Source: an uncultured delta proteobacterium
Lineage (GTDB): Bacteria > Desulfobacterota > RBG-13-43-22
Reading direction: 5' to 3'
Assembly (NCBI GenBank): GCA_963802945.1
Contig: CAWDKY010000017.1
Span: 224,001 to 288,000, forward strand
Length of the DNA: 64,000 bases
Part shown: positions 41,670 to 51,900 of the stretch, piece by piece
How positions within the stretch are numbered: position 1 is the first letter of the stretch
Layout of the letters: each line of letters begins with the position of its first letter
The notes under the pieces: model-generated
The model's database searches: none
The model's input: only the letters and a program-made list of their open reading frames with translations
What the model was told of the DNA's origin: nothing
Translations under genes and position numbers: made by a program

Positions 41670-42045
41670 TTGACCTTTTCAGGCTTGATATTGGTGGTTC
41701 TCAGCGCTTTGCTTACTGTAGTGGCTAATCTCCTAATGAGAGCGGGGATTTTGCGTGCCGGAGGATTTCAGCTTGAGTTAAATACGATCCGTGAACCTAT
41801 CCTGTCCCTTCTTCGGCAACCCATGTTTTTGGTGGGGGTTGTATTGTATGGAGCAGTCTGCGGTTATCTGGTTTCGCGTGATTTCTTTTGAAAATCTCAG
41901 CAATAGTTATCCGTTATTGGTCAGTTTGACTTTTGCCTTAGTCACAATGGGTGCAGCTTTTTTTTTCCACGAACAGATTTCTTTGCTAAAGATAGTTGGG
42001 TTGTTGGTGATTTTAGGCGGCATTATAATTGTAGCTTCTCATTGA
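41670..42045 (+). pseudogene. SMR/EamA-like (ArnE/ArnF-type) small flippase, frameshifted near 41853
   Basis: Two overlapping ORFs join into a 4-TM protein with LS.SYP and FFHEQISLLKIVG. Confidence 0.75.
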
Positions 42046-42056
42046 GGAAAGTTTAA

Positions 42057-43064
42057 ATGATCCGGATGGGCGTGATTGGTTATGGGTATTGGGGACCCAA
42101 TTTGGTCCGTAATTTTCTGGAAGTCCCTGGGGTAGAAGTTAGGGCTGTTAGTGAGTTAAAAACCGAAAGGTTGGCCCTGGTAAAACGTCGTTATCCTATC
42201 ATTACGGCAACACCCCATTCCCTTGATTTAATTAAGGACCCAAATATTGATGCCATCGTGATTGCTACGCCAACCTCAATTCATTTTGATCTGGCCTGGC
42301 AAGCTCTTCAGGCAGGGAAACATGTCTTGGTGGAAAAACCTTTGGTCCTGACCTCTGATCAGGCCGAACGTTTGATTGAGGAAGCGGCTTGCCGGAATCG
42401 GGTTTTAATGGTTGACCATACCTTCGTTTATACTTCTGCGGTGAAAAAAATTAAAGAATTGATAGACCAAAAAGAACTGGGAGAAATCTATTATTATGAT
42501 TCGATGCGGGTTAATTTAGGGCTCTTCAGGCATGACATGAATGTGTTATGGGATTTGGCCGTCCATGACTTTTCGATCATGGATTATGTTCTTCCATCAA
42601 AACCCATAGCTGTTTCGGCTTCCGGGATACAACACATTCCAGGAGAACTTGAAAATGTTGCCTACCTAACCTTGTTTTTTAAAGATTCTTTAATTGCTCA
42701 TGTTAATGTTAATTGGTTATCCCCGGTAAAGGTGCGTCACACTTTAATCGGCGGCAGTCTAAAAATGATTGTTTATAACGACTTGGAACCCACAGAAAAA
42801 GTGAAAGTGTATGATAAAGGGATAGCGGTTGCTGACAGCCACGAGAAGCGCTATCAAATGCTAATCGGATACCGGGAGGGAGATATGTGGGCTCCCCACC
42901 TGGACGTCAACGAGGCCTTGTTGTCTGAAGCCCTTCATTTTATTCAGTGTATTGAGCAGGGCTCCCCCCCTCTTACCGGTGGGGAGTCCGGCTTGCGGGT
43001 AATTCGTATTTTGGAAGCCGCCTCACGCTCTATGGCAGATCGATGTCGGATTATATCCATTTAA
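42057..43064 (+). CDS. Gfo/Idh/MocA oxidoreductase (NDP-sugar 3-dehydrogenase, WbpB-like)
   Basis: GYGYWGPN, HVLVEKP, WDLAVHD. Confidence 0.92.
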   Translation: MIRMGVIGYGYWGPNLVRNFLEVPGVEVRAVSELKTERLALVKRRYPIITATPHSLDLIKDPNIDAIVIATPTSIHFDLAWQALQAGKHVLVEKPLVLTSDQAERLIEEAACRNRVLMVDHTFVYTSAVKKIKELIDQKELGEIYYYDSMRVNLGLFRHDMNVLWDLAVHDFSIMDYVLPSKPIAVSASGIQHIPGELENVAYLTLFFKDSLIAHVNVNWLSPVKVRHTLIGGSLKMIVYNDLEPTEKVKVYDKGIAVADSHEKRYQMLIGYREGDMWAPHLDVNEALLSEALHFIQCIEQGSPPLTGGESGLRVIRILEAASRSMADRCRIISI

Positions 43065-43086
43065 TTCTTCAATTCTTGAGGAGACA

Positions 43087-43340
43087 TAAGCTGCTCATCC
43101 TATTGCTGTTATCAGCTTGGTGCCTGCGGATCATCCTGGACTTGAATGGGGGTCACTTCTATTGACCGGATGAGATGCGCTACTGCCGGGCGTGGAAATT
43201 ACTTTACTATTTTTCCAAGGGAAATTTTGGGAAAGCAATAGACGTCACTTTGACCGGTTCACATGGGTCTGGAGGATTTTTCCTCCTGGCCGCCATTCCT
43301 GCTCTTTTTCAATATGGCTTAATTTATTTAAAAAATCTTT
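43087..43340 (+). pseudogene. N-terminal remnant of another GT-C-like membrane protein
   Basis: LLILLLLSAWCLRII..GGHFY*PDEMRY reads as TM1 followed by a (W)PDE loop with an in-frame TGA; a gaggag RBS lies upstream. Confidence 0.5.
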
Positions 43341-43373
43341 CTCTAACTTTAGTTTCGGTTAAGGAAACCCATA

Positions 43374-43660
43374 ATGCAGTTCATCCCTTTTATAGACTTG
43401 AAAGCTCAATATCGGAGCATTAAAGAAGAAATAAACCAGGCGATCTCCCAGCGTGCTGGAAAGCAGCTAATTTATTTTAGGGGAGGAAGTGGCTGCCTTT
43501 GAAGAGGCGCTTGCTGCCTATTTTGAAACAAGATATGGAATCGCCATTAATTCAGGTACCAGTGCCTTGCATCTGGCCTTATTGGCTGCTAACCTAGGCC
43601 CCGGCGATGAAGTAATTACTATCCCATTCACCTTTGTGGCTACCGTAGCGGCTATTGGAC
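43374..43660 (+). pseudogene. 5' fragment of a DegT aminotransferase, paralogous to 46321
   Basis: IPFIDLKAQY.SIKEE, frameshift and stop, then EEVAAFE..NSGTSALHLALLA..FTFVATVAAI, where it truncates. Confidence 0.9.
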
Positions 43661-43760
43661 AGACAAATTGTCCAAAGACTAATTTATGGGGTGGTACCAC
43701 TTTTGGGGGCAGGTCAACTGAGGAACGAGTTGATACGATTGAACCAAAGCATAAGAAGAA

Positions 43761-45194
43761 ATGTTATTTAACTCATTTACATTTTTAATTTTTCTATCAA
43801 CAGTATTCTTATTGTATTGGTTCGTCTTTCAGGAAAAAATAAAATTACAGAATTTTTTTATTCTTACGATCAGCTACTTGTTTTATGGCTGGTGGGATTG
43901 GAGATTTTTATTTTTGATTCTTCTGTGTTCAGGAATAAACTATCTCGGAGGAGTAGTATTAGCCTCTAATGAAAACCAGAAGAATAGAAAGTTAATACTT
44001 GTACTATCTTGTATTTTCAGTTTAGGTTTACTCGGCGTTTTTAAATATTTCAATTTTTTCATTGACAATTTCATAAATGCATTTGCTTTAGTCGGCATCC
44101 ATCTACAAGCAAGAATATTCAACGTTCTTCTTCCTGTGGGAATAAGTTTTTATACCTTAAAAGCGTTAAGCTATACCATTGACGTTTATAAAAGGAAGTT
44201 GGAACCAACAAAAGACATCATCGCATTTTTCTCCTTTGTCGGGTTTTTTCCGCAACTGTTGGCGGGACCTATTGACCGAGCCACAAATCTCCTACCTCAA
44301 TTTTATATAAAACGAACATTTGAATATGATAAAGCCGTTGATGGTATGCGCCAAATTCTATGGGGTTTTTTCAAAAAAATTGTGATTGCTGACAACTGTG
44401 CTATATATGTAAATAGAATTTTTACTGGCTACGAAACATTGCCTGCCAGTACATTGATATTAGGCGGGGTTTACTTCGCATTTCAGATATACGGCGACTT
44501 TTCAGGATATTCAGATATTGCAATTGGAACTTCTCGGCTGTTTGGTTTTAGTTCAATGCAAAACTTTAGCGTACCTTACTTTTCGCGAGACATTGCTGAA
44601 TTTTGGCGACGATGGCACATATCGCTTACTAGGTGGTTCAGAGATTATTTATACATTCCTTTGGGTGGTAATAGAGGAACTAAATATCAAGTTGTCAGGA
44701 ACACATTTATCATTTTTTTAGTATGCGGTTTTTGGCATGGAGCAAACTGGACATTTATTGCTTGGGGATTAATCAACGCTCTTTATTTTCTGCCTTTGCT
44801 CTTATTGGGGAAAAACAGAAAGAATACAGACACAGTGGCTCAGGGCAAAATATTACCAAATATAAAAGAGTTGCTTCAAATGGGAATAACATTTGTATTC
44901 GCTGTTCTGGCCTGGATATTTTTTAGAGCTGACAGCATTAGTCAAGCATTCTCATACGTTGGGAAAATCTTTGCAAAATCATTGATTACTGCCCCTAGAG
45001 GTTCAAACGTTAAGCTGATTTTACCTCTGCTATTAATCCTGGTACTGATAGAATGGTTGCAGAGAGACAAGCAACATGGATTGGAAGACTTAAAAATACA
45101 CCCTATTCTGAGATGGGCTGTATATATACTCATTTGTGTTTTATGTATTGCGTATTACGAACAGGACCAACAATTCATTTACTTTCAATTCTAG
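43761..45194 (+). CDS. MBOAT O-acyltransferase (AlgI/PatA/DltB family)
   Basis: MLFNS..F, LPVGISFY, FFPQLLAGPI, DFSGYSDIAIG, FWRRWHISL, GFWHGA; C-terminus FIYFQF. Confidence 0.95.
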   Translation: MLFNSFTFLIFLSTVFLLYWFVFQEKIKLQNFFILTISYLFYGWWDWRFLFLILLCSGINYLGGVVLASNENQKNRKLILVLSCIFSLGLLGVFKYFNFFIDNFINAFALVGIHLQARIFNVLLPVGISFYTLKALSYTIDVYKRKLEPTKDIIAFFSFVGFFPQLLAGPIDRATNLLPQFYIKRTFEYDKAVDGMRQILWGFFKKIVIADNCAIYVNRIFTGYETLPASTLILGGVYFAFQIYGDFSGYSDIAIGTSRLFGFSSMQNFSVPYFSRDIAEFWRRWHISLTRWFRDYLYIPLGGNRGTKYQVVRNTFIIFLVCGFWHGANWTFIAWGLINALYFLPLLLLGKNRKNTDTVAQGKILPNIKELLQMGITFVFAVLAWIFFRADSISQAFSYVGKIFAKSLITAPRGSNVKLILPLLLILVLIEWLQRDKQHGLEDLKIHPILRWAVYILICVLCIAYYEQDQQFIYFQF

Positions 45195-45200
45195 TGCCTT

Positions 45201-46148
45201 ATGAAAACATTCTTAATAAAAATAGTATTTTTCACTTTTATTATAATAGCTATATTATGTGTGGCTTTATTTTGGATTAAAAACCCAGATGTTAACGAAA
45301 GCTTAATGGGGGCATTACCCGACAAACATAAGCTTTTGAAAAATGCACAATCCCCCAAAATAGTTTTTGTTGGTGGTTCTAATTTGAGCTTTGGTTTGGA
45401 TAGCAGTAGAATTTCAGATGAGTTTCAAATGCCGGTTGTTAATATGGGCATCATGAGTAGTATTGGATTACGCTATATGATGAATGACGTGCTGCCGTAT
45501 ATAAAGAAAAATGATGTTGTTGTTTTAGTTTCTGAGTACTCAGAATTTTACTCACCGGAGTATTACGGAGAAATAGGGTTAGTTGCGATATTATTTGATA
45601 TATTCCCACAGGGCAAACAATTCATTTCTATTCAACAGTGGCAAAAATTAGCGCCCTATGTGTTTAAGTATAGTGCGATTAAAATAAAAAATATTCCATT
45701 GAGTTTAGTAAATAAATTTATGCCTAAATCCACAACAATTGGTATTTATGACAGGCAGTCTTTTAACAATTTTGGAGATGCATATATCCACTGGGATAAA
45801 CCGAGCAAAATCGTAAGTTGTGATAAAAAAGGTTCAGGGGAAGAGACAGTAAATGCATTTGTATTCTCGGAAATTAAAGAATTCAAAAACCATTTACAAA
45901 AAAAAGATGCAGAGTTGATTATGCTTCCTCCTGTATATCAGGAATGTTCCTTTAATAACCAGCAATATATAATCAATCAAATTGAAACACAATTAAAGGA
46001 AAACAATTTAGCATATTTAACTGCCCCTTTGCGTTATAGGTTTGCTGATTTTTTATTTTACAATACGCCTTATCACTTAAATAAACAAGGTGTGGATTTA
46101 CGAACAGACAGAGTAATAGAAGACTTGAGAATGCGAATTCGAAAATGA
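45201..46148 (+). CDS. Membrane-anchored SGNH-like partner acyltransferase (DltD/AlgJ/PatB-like)
   Basis: N-terminal TM; IVFVGGSN, VVNMG, TPYHLN..G; 6 bp downstream of the MBOAT gene. Confidence 0.75.
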   Translation: MKTFLIKIVFFTFIIIAILCVALFWIKNPDVNESLMGALPDKHKLLKNAQSPKIVFVGGSNLSFGLDSSRISDEFQMPVVNMGIMSSIGLRYMMNDVLPYIKKNDVVVLVSEYSEFYSPEYYGEIGLVAILFDIFPQGKQFISIQQWQKLAPYVFKYSAIKIKNIPLSLVNKFMPKSTTIGIYDRQSFNNFGDAYIHWDKPSKIVSCDKKGSGEETVNAFVFSEIKEFKNHLQKKDAELIMLPPVYQECSFNNQQYIINQIETQLKENNLAYLTAPLRYRFADFLFYNTPYHLNKQGVDLRTDRVIEDLRMRIRK

Positions 46149-46288
46149 CTGAGGCCCTTCATTTTATTCAGTGTATTGAAAAGAAATAACCTTCTTTTAA
46201 CGATGGGGAAGCAGGGCTGCTGGCAGTTCGTATTTTGGAAGCAGCCTCCCGATCCATGGCCGAACAATGTCGGGCAATACCGATTTAA
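46149..46288 (+). repeat. Diverged copy of the 3' 140 bp of the Gfo/Idh/MocA gene (42925-43064)
   Basis: Shared gcccttcattttattcagtgtattga and ttcgtattttggaagc blocks, equal length, both ending atttaa. This copy carries an internal stop. Confidence 0.9.
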
Positions 46289-46320
46289 ATATTAAACTTT
46301 TTTAGTTCAGGAGGTTAATA

Positions 46321-47436
46321 ATGGCCGTAATCCCTTTCGGAGACCTGAAAACTCAGTATCATAGCATTAAAGAAGAAATTGACCAGGCGATTGCCAGGGT
46401 GTTGGAAAGCAGCCAGTTTATATTGGGCGATGAAGTGGCTGCCTTTGAAGAAGAATTTGCCGCTTACTCCGGAGCGCGATTTGGAATTGGTGTAAATTCC
46501 GGTACCAGCGCTTTACATCTGGCCTTGTTGGCAGCCGGAATAGGCAAGGGAGAAGAAGTGATTACCGTGCCCTTTACCTTCGTGGCCACCGTAGCGGCGA
46601 TTGAATATACAGGGGCCCGTCCGGTTTTTGTAGATATCGATTCTCGGTCATACACTATGAACGTGAACCAGATAGAGGGAAAAATCACCGAAAGAACCAA
46701 AGCAATTCTTCCGGTACATCTTTACGGACAGGCGGCGGACATGGATCCCATCTTGGAAATTGCTCGACGCCATAACCTGTTGGTAATTGAAGATGCCGCC
46801 CAGGCCCATGGAGCCGAATACAAGGGCCGAAGAGTAGGGGGGATCGGTCATCTGGGATGCTTCAGTTTTTATCCAGGGAAAAATCTGGGCGCCTATGGTG
46901 AGGGAGGCATGATAGTCACCAATAACTCGGAGTATAATAAGGTCATCCGCATGTTGCGTGATTGGGGTCAGGACCGGAAATATTCTCATTTGATAAAAGG
47001 GTTTAATTCCCGTATGGAGGGATTACAAGGTGCCGTCCTGCGGGTTAAATTGCGCCATCTTGAAACCTGGACGGAGGCCCGGCGGACCCATGCGGATGCG
47101 TATTGTAAAGGGCTAATGAAGTGTGATTTGTGGTTACCGGAAGAGATGCCTTATGCCCGTCATGTCTATCATGTTTTTTCCATTCGTTCCCCCAAAAGGA
47201 ATGTGCTACAACAAAAATTGCAGACAAGGGGTATTCAAACAGGTATCCATTATCCGCTGCCGGTTCACTTGCAGGAGGCCTATTCCGACTTGGGGTACAC
47301 CAGGGGCGATTTCCCCCTTTCAGAGTCGGCTGCCGGAGAAGTTTTTTCTCTACCTTTATACCCTGAGATGAGTAAGACCCAAATAGCCTTAGTATGTGAT
47401 ACCTTAGAAGAAGGTTTAAAAACAGATTGTGCCTAA
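46321..47436 (+). CDS. DegT/DnrJ/EryC1 PLP aminotransferase (WbpE/FdtB-like)
   Basis: SGTSAL, VHLYGQ, EDAAQAHGA, SFYPGKNLGAYGEGG. Confidence 0.95.
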   Translation: MAVIPFGDLKTQYHSIKEEIDQAIARVLESSQFILGDEVAAFEEEFAAYSGARFGIGVNSGTSALHLALLAAGIGKGEEVITVPFTFVATVAAIEYTGARPVFVDIDSRSYTMNVNQIEGKITERTKAILPVHLYGQAADMDPILEIARRHNLLVIEDAAQAHGAEYKGRRVGGIGHLGCFSFYPGKNLGAYGEGGMIVTNNSEYNKVIRMLRDWGQDRKYSHLIKGFNSRMEGLQGAVLRVKLRHLETWTEARRTHADAYCKGLMKCDLWLPEEMPYARHVYHVFSIRSPKRNVLQQKLQTRGIQTGIHYPLPVHLQEAYSDLGYTRGDFPLSESAAGEVFSLPLYPEMSKTQIALVCDTLEEGLKTDCA

Positions 47437-47458
47437 AAAATTTAAAAAGGGATGACTT

Positions 47459-48229
47459 GTGTCCAGTCCAATTGAGATCATAAAAAATTTTTGGGAAGGG
47501 AAGGCCTTGGATTCAACCTTATCCGAGGATTTGGTTACCCACCGTGATAAAAATCAGCGGTTATTAGAGATTGAAATTTTATCCGCTTATTTGCCCTACG
47601 GACAGCGTATCCTCGATGTCGGCTGCGGGAACGGCTTTTCAACAGCCCTGTTTTCCAAACAGGCCGGGCATATTATCGGTATAGATTATTCCCCGGCAAT
47701 GATTGAAAGGGCTAAAAAGGAATTCGGCCGGCTCCCGAATGTGGAGTTCAAGGTTCAAGATGTACAAAATCTGAAATTCCTTGACCATTATTTTGATGTG
47801 GTGATTTCACAACGCTGCCTGATTAACCTGGGAACCTGGGAGAATCAGCAAAAGGCCTTCGGCCAGATCAAAAGGGTTTTAAAATCCAAGGGATTTTTCT
47901 TCCTCCAGGAAGGAACGCGACAGGGCAGGGAAAGGTTGAATCAGGTCAGAGAGCTGTTCGGACTGGAACGTATGCCCGATGTGCCATTTAATCTTGATTT
48001 TGATGAAGAGAAGCTCTGGCCCTTTCTCCGGCAGTATTTTGATATTATCGAGATTCGACGGTTTGGACTTTACGATTTGATTTCCAGGGTGATTCATCCC
48101 CTGCTGGTCAGCCCTGAAGAACCTAACTATAATGCCCGGATTAATGAGATTGCCAGGCATATTTCGAAATTACGGGGCATGGAGGAGTTGAGCCGGGAAT
48201 TCAGTGCCTTTTTGCGAAGCGGGGATTAA
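47459..48229 (+). CDS. Class I SAM-dependent methyltransferase
   Basis: ILDVGCGNG, GIDYS..MI, FDVVISQRCLIN. Confidence 0.9.
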   Translation: MSSPIEIIKNFWEGKALDSTLSEDLVTHRDKNQRLLEIEILSAYLPYGQRILDVGCGNGFSTALFSKQAGHIIGIDYSPAMIERAKKEFGRLPNVEFKVQDVQNLKFLDHYFDVVISQRCLINLGTWENQQKAFGQIKRVLKSKGFFFLQEGTRQGRERLNQVRELFGLERMPDVPFNLDFDEEKLWPFLRQYFDIIEIRRFGLYDLISRVIHPLLVSPEEPNYNARINEIARHISKLRGMEELSREFSAFLRSGD

Positions 48230-48364
48230 GGGAGAAAAGGGCTAAATCTGTTTGTCCCTAAGGGGTGCCACCAGATACGAAAATATCGAATATCGAATAT
48301 TAAATGATGAATCTCGTAGAAGGTAAAGATTCGTTACTTCTTAATTCGAAATTCGGTATTCGAG

Positions 48365-48480
48365 ATTCAACTTGTAACTTGCTACGGGGCACCAAAAAGG
48401 ATGAGTTCGAGAAGCCCTTGGTTCCTCGATTAAAGAAATTTACCATTCGATACCCCGCAGCTTGCTGCGGGGAGCTTCAT
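48365..48480 (+). mobile_element. IS200/IS605-type non-autonomous palindromic element, copy A
   Basis: Near-identical to 56181-56287; ends ataccccgcagcttgctgcggggagcttcat. Confidence 0.7.
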
Positions 48481-48504
48481 TGGATCGATGAAAAGGAGAT
48501 TGGT

Positions 48505-49470
48505 GTGAATATTGAAAAAAGTCGCATCCTCATTACCGGGGGAGCGGGTTTGGTCGGGTCCCACATTGCAGACCTATTAACAAGCTTGGGGCCCAAGGAG
48601 ATTATTATCTTAGATAATTTTGTCCGGGGGAGGAGGGAAAACCTTTCCTGGGCAGTGGATCATGGCCCTTTAGCTATCATTGAAGGCGATATACGTGATA
48701 GAAACCAGTTGGCCAAAGTGATGAAAGGTATAGATGTGGTTTTCCATCAGGCAGCTATCCGTATCACCCAATGTGCCGAGGAACCGCGCTTGGCTTTGGA
48801 GGTGATGGCCGAAGGCCCCTTTAATGTATTAGAAGCGGCTGTTCAGGCCGGTGTGAAAAAAGTGGTGGCTGCATCATCTGCCTCGGTTTATGGCCTAGCT
48901 GAAACCTTCCCCACTCCGGAATCGCATCATTCCTATAATAATCGTACCCTTTATGGGGCGACAAAGGTTTTCAATGAAGGTCTTTTACGGAGCTTCCATG
49001 ATATGTATGGTCTCAACTATATTGGTTTGCGCTACTTTAATATTTATGGCCCTCGTATGGATGTCTATGGCGCCTATACGGAAGTTTTAATTCGATGGAT
49101 GGAGCGGATTGCCATGGGAGAACCGCCTTTAATATTTGGAGACGGTACTCAGACCATGGATTTTATATATATAGAGGATGTGGCCAGGGCCAACGTCTTA
49201 GCTGCCGAGGCTGAAGTGACCGATGAAGTTCTGAATATTGCCAGCGGAAAAGAAACCAGTCTTAATGAATTAGCCCAGGCCTTATTAAAAACTATGAGAT
49301 CCGATTTGCATGTCCAGTATGGCCCGGAACGCAAAGTTAATCCTGTTTCAAGACGCCTGGCTGATGTCGGTAGGGCCCAGCAGTTGATTGGTTTCGAGGC
49401 TCAAACCTCTTTGGAGCAGGGATTGGGCTTTTTGGTTGATTGGTGGCGGACTCAAAAGAAAGCTCTGTGA
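48505..49470 (+). CDS. NAD-dependent nucleotide-sugar epimerase/dehydratase
   Basis: TGGAGLVG, SSASVYG, YGATK, RYFNIYGPR. GTG start with an aaggag RBS. Confidence 0.92.
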   Translation: MNIEKSRILITGGAGLVGSHIADLLTSLGPKEIIILDNFVRGRRENLSWAVDHGPLAIIEGDIRDRNQLAKVMKGIDVVFHQAAIRITQCAEEPRLALEVMAEGPFNVLEAAVQAGVKKVVAASSASVYGLAETFPTPESHHSYNNRTLYGATKVFNEGLLRSFHDMYGLNYIGLRYFNIYGPRMDVYGAYTEVLIRWMERIAMGEPPLIFGDGTQTMDFIYIEDVARANVLAAEAEVTDEVLNIASGKETSLNELAQALLKTMRSDLHVQYGPERKVNPVSRRLADVGRAQQLIGFEAQTSLEQGLGFLVDWWRTQKKAL

Positions 49471-50657
49471 AAATGATCCCAATTATCAAACCCGTAATGG
49501 ATGAAGGAGAGATGGAGGCCGTAGGCCGTGTTATTCGGAGTGGGTGGGTTACCCAGGGACCGGAGGTGGCTGCTTTTGAACAAGCCTTTGCTTCCCAGGT
49601 AAAGGCGAAACATGCCTGTGCTGTCTCAAGTTGTACTGCTGCCTTGCATCTTGCCTTATTGGCTGTGGGGATTAGCCCAGGGGACGAAATTATTACTGTA
49701 AGCCATTCTTTTATTGCCACGGCCAACAGCATCCGTTATTGTGGGGCCAGGCCGGTTTTTGTTGATATCCAGCCAAAGACCTTTAATATCAATCCCTCAC
49801 TTATAGAAGAAGCCATCACTAATAGAACACGAGCCATTCTTTGTGTACATCAGATGGGCCTGCCCTGTGATCTTAAAAAAATTATCGATATTGCTCGGCG
49901 TCATGACCTTTTGGTTATCGAAGATGCCGCCTGTGCCATCGGGAGTGAGATCCTTTGGGACGGGAAATGGGAAAGAATCGGTAAACCTCATGGCGATATA
50001 GCCTGCTTTTCCTTCCATCCACGCAAAATAATCACCACCGGGGATGGGGGTATGATTACCACGGCCAATCCGGAATGGGATAAGAAGGTGCGTCTTCTTC
50101 GCCAACATGGAATGAGCATTCCCGATACGGTGCGACACGGTGCTCAGGAGGTAATTTTCGAGTCTTATCCTATAGTGGGATACAATTATCGTTTGACCGA
50201 TATTCAAGCGGCCATCGGAAAAGAACAACTCGGAAGGCTCCTGAAAATTATTGAGCGACGGCGGCATTTGGCCTCTGAATATTTGAGGTTGATAGCCGAT
50301 TTGTCCGGATTCGGTTTGCCGGTGGAACCCTCCTGGGCCAGAAGTAATTGGCAGAGTTTTTGTGTCCGTCTCCCTGATGGAACCGATCAGCGAGAAGTAA
50401 TGCAGATCATGTTGGATGCCGACATTTCCACCCGCCGTGGAATCATGTGTGCCCATAGGGAAAAGGCTTATGATCGAAAGGACTGGTCCTGCGGCATTTC
50501 CCCTGGAAAATGCCATTGTCCACCGAAGACCTGTGCTCGTCTCAGCCAAAGTGAGCAGGCACAAGACCGGGCAATTATTTTGCCTCTTTTTCATCAGATG
50601 ACTCATGATGAGCAGGAAAAGGTCGTCAGGACACTTAAAGAGGCTTGCAAGGTTTAG
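49467..50657 (+). CDS. DegT/DnrJ PLP aminotransferase (ArnB/PerA-like)
   Basis: SGWVTQGP, SCTAALH, EDAACA, SFHPRKIITTGDGG, GYNYRLTD. Confidence 0.93.
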   Translation: MKMIPIIKPVMDEGEMEAVGRVIRSGWVTQGPEVAAFEQAFASQVKAKHACAVSSCTAALHLALLAVGISPGDEIITVSHSFIATANSIRYCGARPVFVDIQPKTFNINPSLIEEAITNRTRAILCVHQMGLPCDLKKIIDIARRHDLLVIEDAACAIGSEILWDGKWERIGKPHGDIACFSFHPRKIITTGDGGMITTANPEWDKKVRLLRQHGMSIPDTVRHGAQEVIFESYPIVGYNYRLTDIQAAIGKEQLGRLLKIIERRRHLASEYLRLIADLSGFGLPVEPSWARSNWQSFCVRLPDGTDQREVMQIMLDADISTRRGIMCAHREKAYDRKDWSCGISPGKCHCPPKTCARLSQSEQAQDRAIILPLFHQMTHDEQEKVVRTLKEACKV

Positions 50658-50824
50658 TGTGAAAATAGGGTTCAAGAATTCGAGGATTTAAAGAACTTGA
50701 TGCGGTATAGGGCTTACGGTTTTTCATTAAACCTTAAACCTTGAACTTTGCCAGGGCCCCTTGAATCCTTTGGTCAATTATTATGTTTCGTGGCCCCTCC
50801 CTCAAATGGGCCGGAAGGTTTAGT

Positions 50825-51790
50825 ATGAAGCATCCTTTACTTTCTATAGTGACTCCGGCTTTTAACGAGGCGGAGAATTTACCCATTTTATATGAACGTT
50901 TATCCCAGGTCCTGGAGACCTTGGGCTTGGAATGGGAATGGATTATAATCGATGACCATTCGCCGGATAATACCTTTGAGGTTATAACAAATTTGGCAAA
51001 AACGGATTCACGAATTCATGGTATTCGCTTTGCCAGGAATTTCGGCGCTCATAAGGCCATCGCCTGCGGACTGCATCAGGTGAAAGGCCAGGGTGTGGTT
51101 ATTATGGCGGCTGATTTGCAAGATCCTCCTGAAACGCTGCCGGCACTTTTGGAAAAATGGCGGAAAGGTGCTCAAGTGGTTTGGGCCGTTCGTCATTTAC
51201 GAGAAGGAGAAAAAAATTCCAAAGTTGGCTTTTCACGTCTATATTATTTCATGATGCGACGAATTATAGGGATAAAAGAAATACCGGCAACCGGTGCTGA
51301 TTTTTTCCTGGTCGATCGTGTTGTCGTTGAAGCCTTAAGGGAATTCAACGAAAGTAATGTGAGTATAATGGCCCTGATTACCTGGATGGGTTTTCGGCAA
51401 GACTTCATCTCTTATGATAAACAAGCACGAAAATTTGGCCATTCCGGGTGGGACCTGAAGAAAAAATTGAAACTAGTTGTAGATTCCATAACCTCATTTT
51501 CCTATCTGCCTATACGCCTTATGTCTTATCTGGGTTTCCTCGTTGCCTTAATAGGGCTGATTTATGCCGTGGTGATTATCGTTAATGCTTTAAAAGGCAA
51601 CCCGGTACAGGGTTGGTCATCTTTGATGTTAGTCGTATTGGTGATCGGCGGTTTTCAAATGATTATGATGGGTATCTTAGGGGAATACCTCTGGCGGTCT
51701 TTGGATGAGTCCAGGAGGCGGCCTATGTATATCATCGAAGCAATTACCGATTCTTTTCTTGCCCATGATAATTCGACTCAATTTTATTAA
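50825..51790 (+). CDS. GT2 polyprenyl-phosphate glycosyltransferase (ArnC/GtrB-like)
   Basis: PAFNEAEN, DDHSPD, RNFG, ADLQDPP; two C-terminal TM helices. Confidence 0.92.
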   Translation: MKHPLLSIVTPAFNEAENLPILYERLSQVLETLGLEWEWIIIDDHSPDNTFEVITNLAKTDSRIHGIRFARNFGAHKAIACGLHQVKGQGVVIMAADLQDPPETLPALLEKWRKGAQVVWAVRHLREGEKNSKVGFSRLYYFMMRRIIGIKEIPATGADFFLVDRVVVEALREFNESNVSIMALITWMGFRQDFISYDKQARKFGHSGWDLKKKLKLVVDSITSFSYLPIRLMSYLGFLVALIGLIYAVVIIVNALKGNPVQGWSSLMLVVLVIGGFQMIMMGILGEYLWRSLDESRRRPMYIIEAITDSFLAHDNSTQFY

Positions 51791-51900
51791 CAAACTATTT
51801 TTAAGGAAATGTCTCATTGTCCAAAATCCTGCCTGTTGATCAAACTTTGCAAAATTACCGCGGAATTAATAAATTTTAAAAAGAAACAAAGTGTCGATTT

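Noticed and set aside
48304-48504. N-terminal extension of the epimerase ORF
   Set aside because: It is translated repeat and mini-element DNA. A GTG start with an RBS lies at 48505.
49797-50675. 292-aa antisense ORF and many other shadow ORFs
   Set aside because: They overlap well-supported genes on the opposite strand or frame and show no recognisable motifs.
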